Of a stretch of DNA of 64,000 nt, positions 1-7,107 are shown in pieces. Where the stretch lies: positions 32,001 through 96,000 of IMG/VR virus record IMGVR_UViG_3300042453_005121. One strand, given 5' to 3'. How positions within the stretch are numbered: position 1 is the stretch's first letter; the number at the start of each line of letters is the position of its first letter. The DNA comes from a virus. The translations under genes were made by a program, and so were the position numbers. The notes beneath the pieces were generated by a model. It was given only the letters and a program-made list of their open reading frames with translations, did not search any database and was not told the DNA's origin.

Positions 1-48
1 GCCCTTACCTACAAGACCATCTACAAACTCAAATTCCTGAAATGAAAC

Positions 49-80
49 AAAAAACCCCGCAGGTTGCCCTGCGGGGTTTC
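49..80 (-). terminator. Rho-independent terminator
   Basis: Stem CCCCGCAGG/CCTGCGGGG with a 4-nt loop; the A7 run on the left is the U-tract on the minus strand, just downstream of ORF 104..442. Confidence 0.8.
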
Positions 81-103
81 TGTTTTGCTGCCTCAAACAA
101 AAC

Positions 104-442
104 TCAGTTGCAGCAGTTGCAAGCCGGACGGCTCTTGGTCAGAACGAGTGCCTTGGTGCGGCAATCCTTCTTGGAAGGACAATCGCAGTTGCAACAGTCG
201 CGGGCGTCACGGGCCTCCTGGCGGTCGGCCTGGCGGCTGAGACGACGAGACTGCCAAGCGGTGAGCCTTACCTCCTTGGCAGTTTCGCAGCAAGCCGGGG
301 CGGCCGCAACAACGACGGTCTGGGTCGTGGGGGCGGAAGCGAGAACACTGACGGTGTTGTCGGCGGGGGTCGGAACGCCCTCGGCGGCGAAAGCCGCACA
401 GGCAAAGACGCAGAAGGCAACGGTCAAAACAGTCTTAATCAT
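104..442 (-). CDS. Small Cys-rich secreted protein
   Basis: Signal peptide (MIKTVLTVAFCVFACAAFA), CC/CxC clusters, AGGAG SD, own promoter and terminator. Confidence 0.75.
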   Translation of the reverse strand: MIKTVLTVAFCVFACAAFAAEGVPTPADNTVSVLASAPTTQTVVVAAAPACCETAKEVRLTAWQSRRLSRQADRQEARDARDCCNCDCPSKKDCRTKALVLTKSRPACNCCN

Positions 443-490
443 GAAAACTCCTATTGTTTATGTCCAGCGAACCATTCGGGGGACTCGTTC

Positions 491-518
491 ATTATAGTGC
501 AAAAGAGCACGATGTAAA
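491..518 (-). promoter_or_regulatory. Sigma70-type (early) promoter
   Basis: Minus strand TTTACA-16 nt-TATAAT upstream of the gene starting at 442. Confidence 0.65.
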
Positions 519-555
519 GCCGATTTATTTGACAAGCTGGGGCATTTAGAGACGA

Positions 556-1059
556 TCAGGGAATGTTCGCGGAAACATGACTCGTGATAGGACCCGCTTG
601 AATATCCACACAAACTTCTTTCTTTTTTGGATCAAAACTCGTTATTGACCATGGTTTTAATATGTTCTCAAAAAATCTTCTTTGAGGAGTCGGACTGGCC
701 GGTTCTTTCACGGATGTGGCCAAACTCACGACGGCGGACAGGGCGTTGTACCTCTTCCTGAAAACCGAGGGGGCTATGCCGAGGGAGGCGGCCGCAAGCA
801 TCACGTTTGAATTGTTTTCCTCAAGTACCTTTTTAAGTTCTTCTAATTTTTCTTCGTCTCTGAACACCAGTCCGTTTGGAGGCGTGTATTTTTCGGCTCC
901 TATCATGGATAGGAAGGCTTTTTTGTTCAGTCTGTCAAGACCCGAACATGCTCCGTTTCTGTTTTTTTGCGAGTACGATTGTTCGGGCCTATTTCTGAGC
1001 ACGAGGTTCATGCGTGCGAGGACGCATTCTTTGTATGTTTTGTTGGGGCAGTTTTGCAC
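556..1059 (-). CDS. Fis-type HTH DNA-binding protein (start uncertain, possibly 1011)
   Basis: LKKVLEENNSNVMLAAASLGIAPSVFRKRY matches the Fis/HTH_8 pattern. Confidence 0.55.
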   Translation of the reverse strand: MQNCPNKTYKECVLARMNLVLRNRPEQSYSQKNRNGACSGLDRLNKKAFLSMIGAEKYTPPNGLVFRDEEKLEELKKVLEENNSNVMLAAASLGIAPSVFRKRYNALSAVVSLATSVKEPASPTPQRRFFENILKPWSITSFDPKKKEVCVDIQAGPITSHVSANIP

Positions 1060-1132
1060 AATTCTATATAGAATGGATCAAAATGGTTTGGTTAATTCCT
1101 TTCAAATGGCCAAAATTGTACTATTTTATAAC

Positions 1133-1363
1133 ATGGCGTCCATCATACAGCAGGACAGTTATTGGTATTTGGACGGCGAGAACGAAGAAGCCGTCATGAA
1201 CGCCCTGTGTTCCATCTGTGCCAAGAAACAGAAAAAGGGATGGCGGTGGGAAGGTCGGCTCGGATACGGAGATTACGACCTTTTTTGTGAGTCCTGCGGA
1301 AATGCAATCCATTTACGGGGTGAAAATGAAGTCGAGGCTGAAGCCGGTAATAAAAGTAAGTGA
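1133..1363 (+). CDS. Small zinc-ribbon protein
   Basis: CSIC...CESC; ATG at 1133 within track ORF 716..1363. Confidence 0.65.
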   Translation: MASIIQQDSYWYLDGENEEAVMNALCSICAKKQKKGWRWEGRLGYGDYDLFCESCGNAIHLRGENEVEAEAGNKSK

Positions 1364-2057
1364 CAGCAGAAGTCTTGTTTCGGATTGGATAGTTGAAAAA
1401 TTCCCGGAGAACTACAGGGAATTGACATATCTGGAGCCCTTCGTTGGAGGAGGCTCAGTGCTTCTGCACAAAGATCCTTCCGCTGAAGAGATCGTGAACG
1501 ACTCGGATTCGGATCTTGTGGACGCATGGAGGTCCCTGCGGGACGAACACAAGTTGTTTCTGTCCAAGGTGAGGCGCATAGAGCACAAAGAAGCGATATT
1601 TAAAAGGTACCAGAAGAAACAGGAGACGGACTACCTCAACGTCGGAGTGAGGGACTTTGTTCTGAGGCACATGAGTAAAAGCGGGCTCAAGAAGACCTAT
1701 CTCCCCAAGGAAAGGAACGTTAGGTGCGGAGATTGCTGGTGCGACATATTGGAGGTTGTTCCGGACGTGAGCGAGAGGATAAAGGACGTGTTCATGCTCA
1801 ACAGGGATGCTTTGGGCGTGATCAAGGCTTTCAGCCACAAGGACTCGCTCGTCTACTGCGATCCTCCGGCGGCTCAGGGCAAGGACTCGGAGATGGACGT
1901 TGACAAACACGTGGAACTCAGTGAAATGCTCAAGGATTTTAGGGGCAAAGTGATAATAAGTGCTGCGAATTCGGCCCTTTATCGGCGGCTTTACGCGGGC
2001 TGGACGAGGAAGGGTTTCCCGGGCAGCTCCAAGGATTCGATTTGGTTGAATTTTTGA
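1326..2057 (+). CDS. dam: Dam-like (D12 class) DNA adenine methyltransferase, degenerate catalytic motif
   Basis: YLEPFVGGGSV SAM motif, EIVND, YCDPPA instead of DPPY. Confidence 0.8.
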   Translation: MKSRLKPVIKVSDSRSLVSDWIVEKFPENYRELTYLEPFVGGGSVLLHKDPSAEEIVNDSDSDLVDAWRSLRDEHKLFLSKVRRIEHKEAIFKRYQKKQETDYLNVGVRDFVLRHMSKSGLKKTYLPKERNVRCGDCWCDILEVVPDVSERIKDVFMLNRDALGVIKAFSHKDSLVYCDPPAAQGKDSEMDVDKHVELSEMLKDFRGKVIISAANSALYRRLYAGWTRKGFPGSSKDSIWLNF

Positions 2058-2067
2058 ATTCAACAAC

Positions 2068-2073
2068 TAAATA
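2068..2073 (+). promoter_or_regulatory. Putative late promoter hexamer, leaderless
   Basis: TAAATA-catcc-ATG(2079). Confidence 0.65.
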
Positions 2074-2078
2074 CATCC

Positions 2079-2366
2079 ATGTTGACATTCAGGGAATTCA
2101 GGGACTCAGAGTCCTCCAAGGAAGAGGAAAAAGCTCAGGAAGTGGTCAGGAAGGGAATGAACCTTCAGGGCGACAGCGATTTCTGGGATGATTTTTTGAG
2201 CCTGTGCGCGAACGCCTCAGGCATGGCCGCCCTTTTGGACGTGTCGGTGGAAAAGGTGACGGCCTTGGGGGGCAGGATAGGAAAAATGAGAAAGGCGATC
2301 GGCGAGAAGGACGGCCACGACGCCAAAAAGAACTCCAAATTGATAAAAACCGGAGACAAGACGTGA
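2079..2366 (+). CDS. Hypothetical protein with capsid-targeting-like N-terminus
   Basis: Starts MLTFREFRDSE. Confidence 0.7.
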   Translation: MLTFREFRDSESSKEEEKAQEVVRKGMNLQGDSDFWDDFLSLCANASGMAALLDVSVEKVTALGGRIGKMRKAIGEKDGHDAKKNSKLIKTGDKT

Positions 2367-2704
2367 AGAAGTTCAGCGAATGGCGTGATTCCATTGACGA
2401 AAACATGAATGCCTCGGCCCTGCGCGGCACCATCGGGGGCGGTGCTGTGAGTGTGGATCCAATTTTGAGAAGCAAATTGCGATCAAAAATACTTGACATA
2501 GTCAAAGAATTTCCTGACAAAAATCCAGCCGAACTTTTTCAGGAAATAATGGCCGTGGTGGGTCAGCTTCTGACAAAGGGGGGAGGGGCGACCACGTCCT
2601 CCAATAAAATGTACAACCAGTTGAATCAACAGTCGGTACAGAATCCCGTTCAGAAGAATCAACAGGCGCAGGCCCAACAGAACCAACAAGTCCAAAACCA
2701 GTGA
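2363..2704 (+). CDS. Hypothetical tagged protein, Gln-rich tail; paralogue of 2712..3026
   Basis: GTG at 2363 (GTGA overlap with upstream stop), MKKFSEWRDSIDE. Confidence 0.7.
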   Translation: MKKFSEWRDSIDENMNASALRGTIGGGAVSVDPILRSKLRSKILDIVKEFPDKNPAELFQEIMAVVGQLLTKGGGATTSSNKMYNQLNQQSVQNPVQKNQQAQAQQNQQVQNQ

Positions 2705-2711
2705 GGAAAAA

Positions 2712-3026
2712 ATGAAATCAATAAGAGAGTGGATGACGGAAAAGGGAATGATCAGCGAGGAAGTCAGGGGAGTTGACCTAGCCAGATTGCTCGGCGGCAC
2801 CAGTTTCCAGATCAATCGCAAATTGGCGGTGAAGCTGAATCCGAAGCTAGATCAGGTTCTGAAGTCAGAGGAGTTCGAAGGCGAGAGTCCCGAGGAAATG
2901 CTTCGTCAGATCATCGCCATCGCCGCAGAGAAACTCGGCGGTGTCGAAGGAACCACCGTGTCGGCAAACAAGTTGGCCGGGGGACTCAACCAGGCAGAGG
3001 ACCCCATCGCTCAGGAAGTCAGATGA
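2712..3026 (+). CDS. Hypothetical tagged protein
   Basis: MKSIREWMTE; GAGG SD. Confidence 0.7.
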   Translation: MKSIREWMTEKGMISEEVRGVDLARLLGGTSFQINRKLAVKLNPKLDQVLKSEEFEGESPEEMLRQIIAIAAEKLGGVEGTTVSANKLAGGLNQAEDPIAQEVR

Positions 3027-3322
3027 AGTCCTTTCTGGTCTGGTTGGAAGGCGAGGAGAGTCCAGCCCTTTCCGAGCCCCAGCACAAGCAGGGCGAAGCG
3101 AACATGGGCTTGGATTCCATCGTCGAAAGGCGAATGAAGCAGATCATAATGGAATTGGAAGGTTCCGGGAAAGGAACTCAGCAGGAGATACTCGCATCGG
3201 TCCAGAAATACCTCAAGGCGAAAGGAGTGCAGGCCGAGAAACCTGCGTCACAACCTCCTCAGGACGACGCTCAAGGTGCCCAACAGGACGGAATGCAGAT
3301 GCAGCCCGCGATGGCCAATTAG
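3023..3322 (+). CDS. Hypothetical tagged protein
   Basis: MKSFLVWLEGEE; ATGA overlap. Confidence 0.7.
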   Translation: MKSFLVWLEGEESPALSEPQHKQGEANMGLDSIVERRMKQIIMELEGSGKGTQQEILASVQKYLKAKGVQAEKPASQPPQDDAQGAQQDGMQMQPAMAN

Positions 3323-3636
3323 ACATATTTCTCCCTGAACAAGTTCATCTTTATCGTCTCGACGTAGTCGTAAAGACACGTGTCTCCTTCGGACTTTATC
3401 TCCCTGAGCCTGTACACTGCCACCTTCTGACTGCCGTCTATCTGGTCATTGGTGAGGTATTCTATGAGTTTCTCGCCGAGTGTCTCGCGGGATATCTCGT
3501 TTCCGTCCACAATGCGCTTGAGTATTAGAGGCGGCTCCTCACCGTTTATCTCTATGACCCTGTCGAGGCATCCGTCCGCAGGGCCTCCGATGAGAAGGGC
3601 GTCCCATTCATATCCGTATCCTTCTTCCTTTTTCAT
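3319..3636 (-). CDS. Hypothetical protein
   Basis: IGGPADG motif typical of small phage proteins; ATGA overlap with upstream gene. Confidence 0.65.
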   Translation of the reverse strand: MKKEEGYGYEWDALLIGGPADGCLDRVIEINGEEPPLILKRIVDGNEISRETLGEKLIEYLTNDQIDGSQKVAVYRLREIKSEGDTCLYDYVETIKMNLFREKYV

Positions 3637-3956
3637 ATCCAGCCCTCTATCGTTGCCCTCTTTATTTCGTCTACAGCGACTCTCCTGCCAAGTGCTTCGC
3701 TTACTGCCTTGACAAATTCCTTCTCTATTTTTTGTTGTTCTTGGATGAGGTAATTGACGCCTTTTTGTTTGGCCTCCAGAAATCTGACCACATCTATCTT
3801 GAAGTCCAGTTTTCTGCCATCCAAGAAAACGGCTTTCTCCACGCCGTCTTTTTTGGGGTCTGGTCCCAAGGGACGCATTTTGACCTCAAATTTGTGCTTG
3901 AAATTACCGTCTCGGCCAATGGGCGGGACATCTGTTTGTATTTCTCTGTTGGTCAT
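3633..3956 (-). CDS. Hypothetical protein
   Basis: Clean ORF translationally coupled to the next gene. Confidence 0.6.
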   Translation of the reverse strand: MTNREIQTDVPPIGRDGNFKHKFEVKMRPLGPDPKKDGVEKAVFLDGRKLDFKIDVVRFLEAKQKGVNYLIQEQQKIEKEFVKAVSEALGRRVAVDEIKRATIEGWI

Positions 3957-3993
3957 AGAATAAAAGAGTTAAATACGCTCGGTATATAGTCTC

Positions 3994-4521
3994 ATGCAAG
4001 GATTATGGCTTGAGACTTCTATTTCCGAACTTTACACCAACTCCCGGAAGGCATTCCCCGGAACGAGCAAAAGGGAGAACTCCACCGACACGGTGAGGGT
4101 GGAGCACCTTGATTGGGTGCCTTTTGAAGGCGTCCGGACTCTTTTCGTGAAGGCGACCGTGAACAACGAAGGAAGGAAAAATGAATCAATAATACTTTTC
4201 AAGGGAGTCAACTACGGAAAGGCCGAAGGCAAGGGCTTCGTGCCACTGATGTCGTCATCGGGACGAAAGGTTTTCGTGGAGAGGCTCTCGGTCTCCGACG
4301 ACGAAGTGCTGGTGAGATGCACATGTGGAGACTTCTTCTGGCGTTTCAACTACTACAACTCCGTGGACAAGTCGCTCTTTGGAAGAAAAAGATCCAAGTA
4401 CGAGGGTCAGAACCTTTGGAAGGCCAACCCCACGGAGAGTTCCGGGATGTGCAAACACCTCATGAAATTGGCTAAAATCCTGCGGGAGGCCGATTTATTA
4501 ATCGCCGGCCGGAATATATAG
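3994..4521 (+). CDS. SWIM zinc-finger protein
   Basis: VRCTCGDF...MCKHL (CxC...CxH); preceded by TATATA-N5-ATG. Confidence 0.75.
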   Translation: MQGLWLETSISELYTNSRKAFPGTSKRENSTDTVRVEHLDWVPFEGVRTLFVKATVNNEGRKNESIILFKGVNYGKAEGKGFVPLMSSSGRKVFVERLSVSDDEVLVRCTCGDFFWRFNYYNSVDKSLFGRKRSKYEGQNLWKANPTESSGMCKHLMKLAKILREADLLIAGRNI

Positions 4522-4527
4522 ATCAGT

Positions 4528-5091
4528 ATGACACACATGATCAATCCTAAAATAACCCAGGGCCAAAGGTTCCTGATAATAGGAACCATACTGGGCGGCA
4601 GCTCAATAATAAAGCCGAAGAAGGGCAAAAACTGCTACCTCTCCATGAGGGACAAGGACCTTTCGTGGCTCAAGTTCAAGGCCGATCAACTGAAGGAACT
4701 CACTTCTCAGTCGCCCTTGACCATAGAAAAGACCAACAGGTGGCATTCCGTCTGTTATCCTCTTTTCAACGAGTATTACGAGATGTTCTACAATGGAAAG
4801 AACAGGTCCCTCAAGGCCGAAAGTCTCAATCTTCTGCACGATTCAAGCATTGCGATATGGTTCGGCGATGCCGGGAAGTGCAAGAACGACAACGTCGTTC
4901 TGAACACGAACATATGGGGCAAGAAAGGCACCGAGACCATTGTTGAATATTTTGACAGCCTTGATTGGAAGGCTGGGATATTCATGGAGAGGAAGAACTA
5001 CAGGGTAAGGATGGACGAGGAGTCATCCAAGGACTTCCTGAAACTGGTCGGGCCTTACCTTCCCAAGAACAGAAAGTGTGGAAGGGACTGA
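4528..5091 (+). CDS. LAGLIDADG-type (LAGLIDADG_2-like) homing endonuclease, probably degenerate
   Basis: IIGTILGGSSI and IAIWFGDAG correspond to the LLGDG / WxMDDG helices; WLKFK and LNT motifs. Confidence 0.65.
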   Translation: MTHMINPKITQGQRFLIIGTILGGSSIIKPKKGKNCYLSMRDKDLSWLKFKADQLKELTSQSPLTIEKTNRWHSVCYPLFNEYYEMFYNGKNRSLKAESLNLLHDSSIAIWFGDAGKCKNDNVVLNTNIWGKKGTETIVEYFDSLDWKAGIFMERKNYRVRMDEESSKDFLKLVGPYLPKNRKCGRD

Positions 5092-5092
5092 T

Positions 5093-5515
5093 ATGGCGGG
5101 CGCCGGTATATTCTTCACCGACGGAAAGAAGGTGCTTCTTCTGAAGCGCGGAGGCGAAGAACGCAACAAGGGAACGTGGGGACTTCCCGGCGGTGGTGTG
5201 GAAGAAGGAGAATCTGCCATTCAGGCGGCTCGCAGGGAGTCCGTGGAGGAATGCGGCCGTGTACAGGGCAGGCGATTCGGCAGCCTCGTGGAAAAGGACG
5301 ACGACCACGAGTGGACGACATTCTTCTTCAGAATCAAAAAGCCATTCAAGTGTAAACTGAGCGACGAACACACCGATTGGAAATGGTTTGATCTAGACGA
5401 TCTTCATAATTTGAATCTGCACCCTAAGTTCAAAAAGAATATGGAGAGGCACCTTTCTTTTCTCAAGAAAAGAAAGTCTTTCAGCGAGTGGCTGGAGATC
5501 CGGGAATCTTGTTGA
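5093..5515 (+). CDS. NUDIX hydrolase
   Basis: Nudix box WGLPGGGVEEGESAIQAARRESVEECG; LSDEH..W.W. Confidence 0.9.
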   Translation: MAGAGIFFTDGKKVLLLKRGGEERNKGTWGLPGGGVEEGESAIQAARRESVEECGRVQGRRFGSLVEKDDDHEWTTFFFRIKKPFKCKLSDEHTDWKWFDLDDLHNLNLHPKFKKNMERHLSFLKKRKSFSEWLEIRESC

Positions 5516-6242
5516 TCATATATCCATTTTCAATAACGAAATCTTGGGTGCGTCGTATGCTCTGTGGAGTGCCCATGTCGCTCCAGAATCCCTTGACCAC
5601 GGATACGTCCATTGATTTTGACTCGCAGTAATGCTGGTTGACGTCCGTGATTTCAAGTTCTCCGCGCTTTGAAGGAATTAATTTTTCGGCTATATCGTAG
5701 ACCTTTGGGTGATACAAATAAAGGCCGGTGACTGCCATGTTGCTTTTGGGATTCTTCGGCTTTTCTTCTATCTCGCCCTCGTGGTACACGCCGAACCGCT
5801 CGGGATCATCAACTTCCTTGAGGAATATACGCGCGCTGTTGGGACATGAACCTTTGAAGAAGGTCATTTCGTCCGAGAAGGAATCCTCGTAGAAGTTGTC
5901 GCCCAATATGACCGCGAACGGATCATCGCCCGTGAAGCCTTGAGCAAGCTTGAGTGCCGATGCTATGCCGAGTTCCACCCGCATGACGTCTTGTATCTTG
6001 TAGGTGAATCTGGCTCCGAAGGCGTGTCCGTCGCCGAGATTGTGTATTATGGGTCCCGAGTGGTCACGCGAAGATATGATGAGTATTTCTTCTATCCCGC
6101 TGCTGACGAGCGTGTTTATAGGATAGAAGATCATGGGCAACGCTCCCTGATCCGTGTATATCGGCAACAGGTGCTTGTTGGTCACGAAGGTGGCGGGTTT
6201 CATCCTGCTGCCGGTGCCACCGGCGAGTATAACGCCCTTCAT
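5481..6242 (-). CDS. rmlA: Glucose-1-phosphate thymidylyltransferase (RmlA/RfbA family)
   Basis: GVILAGGTGSR, NKHLLPIY, LGDN, EEKP, SKRGELEITD, WSDMGT. Confidence 0.9.
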   Translation of the reverse strand: MKGVILAGGTGSRMKPATFVTNKHLLPIYTDQGALPMIFYPINTLVSSGIEEILIISSRDHSGPIIHNLGDGHAFGARFTYKIQDVMRVELGIASALKLAQGFTGDDPFAVILGDNFYEDSFSDEMTFFKGSCPNSARIFLKEVDDPERFGVYHEGEIEEKPKNPKSNMAVTGLYLYHPKVYDIAEKLIPSKRGELEITDVNQHYCESKSMDVSVVKGFWSDMGTPQSIRRTQDFVIENGYMINKIPGSPATR

Positions 6243-6255
6243 GCACGCCCCCTGC

Positions 6256-6705
6256 TCAGTCCCTGATGATCGTGATTCCCGCCATCGGATCTTCCGTGAA
6301 CAATTTTTCCTTGTCTTCCGTCTCGTCGCTCGGCCCCGTCTCGTTCAAGGGCAGGTCTTCGCGCACCACGGAGTGTTCCACCTTTCCCGAACGGGTAATC
6401 TGCTCGGGCTGGTCTAGTATCAGTTTCTCTGGCATTTTTTGCTCCTTGTTATCCGGGGCGGTGAGGGCCTCAACCAACACGGCCTCCTTTGGAACCATGG
6501 AGAGGAAATAACTGTCGCCCTCCCAAGTTCCATTGGGACCCACCCACCTTTTGCCGTCCCTTGAGGGCTTCGGCAATTCTAGGGAGGCCACAGAGCTTCT
6601 GTTTCTGAACCTGTAGAGCCCCGTTCCTTCCTGGTGGTATTCGAGTATCCTCTTGTTTTGTTCGGCCCTCTCGTACCTGTTGGCTTTTTTCCCCGCCTTC
6701 TTCAT
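6256..6705 (-). CDS. Hypothetical protein
   Basis: Intact ORF co-oriented with rmlA. Confidence 0.65.
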   Translation of the reverse strand: MKKAGKKANRYERAEQNKRILEYHQEGTGLYRFRNRSSVASLELPKPSRDGKRWVGPNGTWEGDSYFLSMVPKEAVLVEALTAPDNKEQKMPEKLILDQPEQITRSGKVEHSVVREDLPLNETGPSDETEDKEKLFTEDPMAGITIIRD

Positions 6706-6762
6706 GCCTTGGCCTTTCTTTGGGAATGCATTCTATATTAAACAGAGTATCTAGGTCTCAAT

Positions 6763-7107
6763 ATGTCAAAAATTAAACCAAAAAAGTGGACCGATGTGTA
6801 TCCGGCGGGGTCGGAGGAGGGCGACGAGGAATCAAGGTTCTTCAAGAGCCTTGCGAGGCACCCCAAGTATGAATGGAAGAGTACGGCTGCCTTGGCCAAG
6901 GAAAGCGGACTCACTCAGAAGAGGGTGGAGGAGATAATGGCCAAGTACATCAAGTTGAACATGGTGTTCCAGAATCCAAACAACGAGGAACACTGGGGCT
7001 ACTGGGAGCGTGTGCCTCACATGCTCCCCGACTCCTACGTGAGCGTTTCCGACGAGGATAAACAAAAAAGGATATCTCGGGCTTCCGGCAAGTCGGGATC
7101 AGAGTGA
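6763..7107 (+). CDS. Hypothetical protein, possible winged HTH
   Basis: WKSTAALAKESGLTQKRVEEIM. Confidence 0.6.
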   Translation: MSKIKPKKWTDVYPAGSEEGDEESRFFKSLARHPKYEWKSTAALAKESGLTQKRVEEIMAKYIKLNMVFQNPNNEEHWGYWERVPHMLPDSYVSVSDEDKQKRISRASGKSGSE

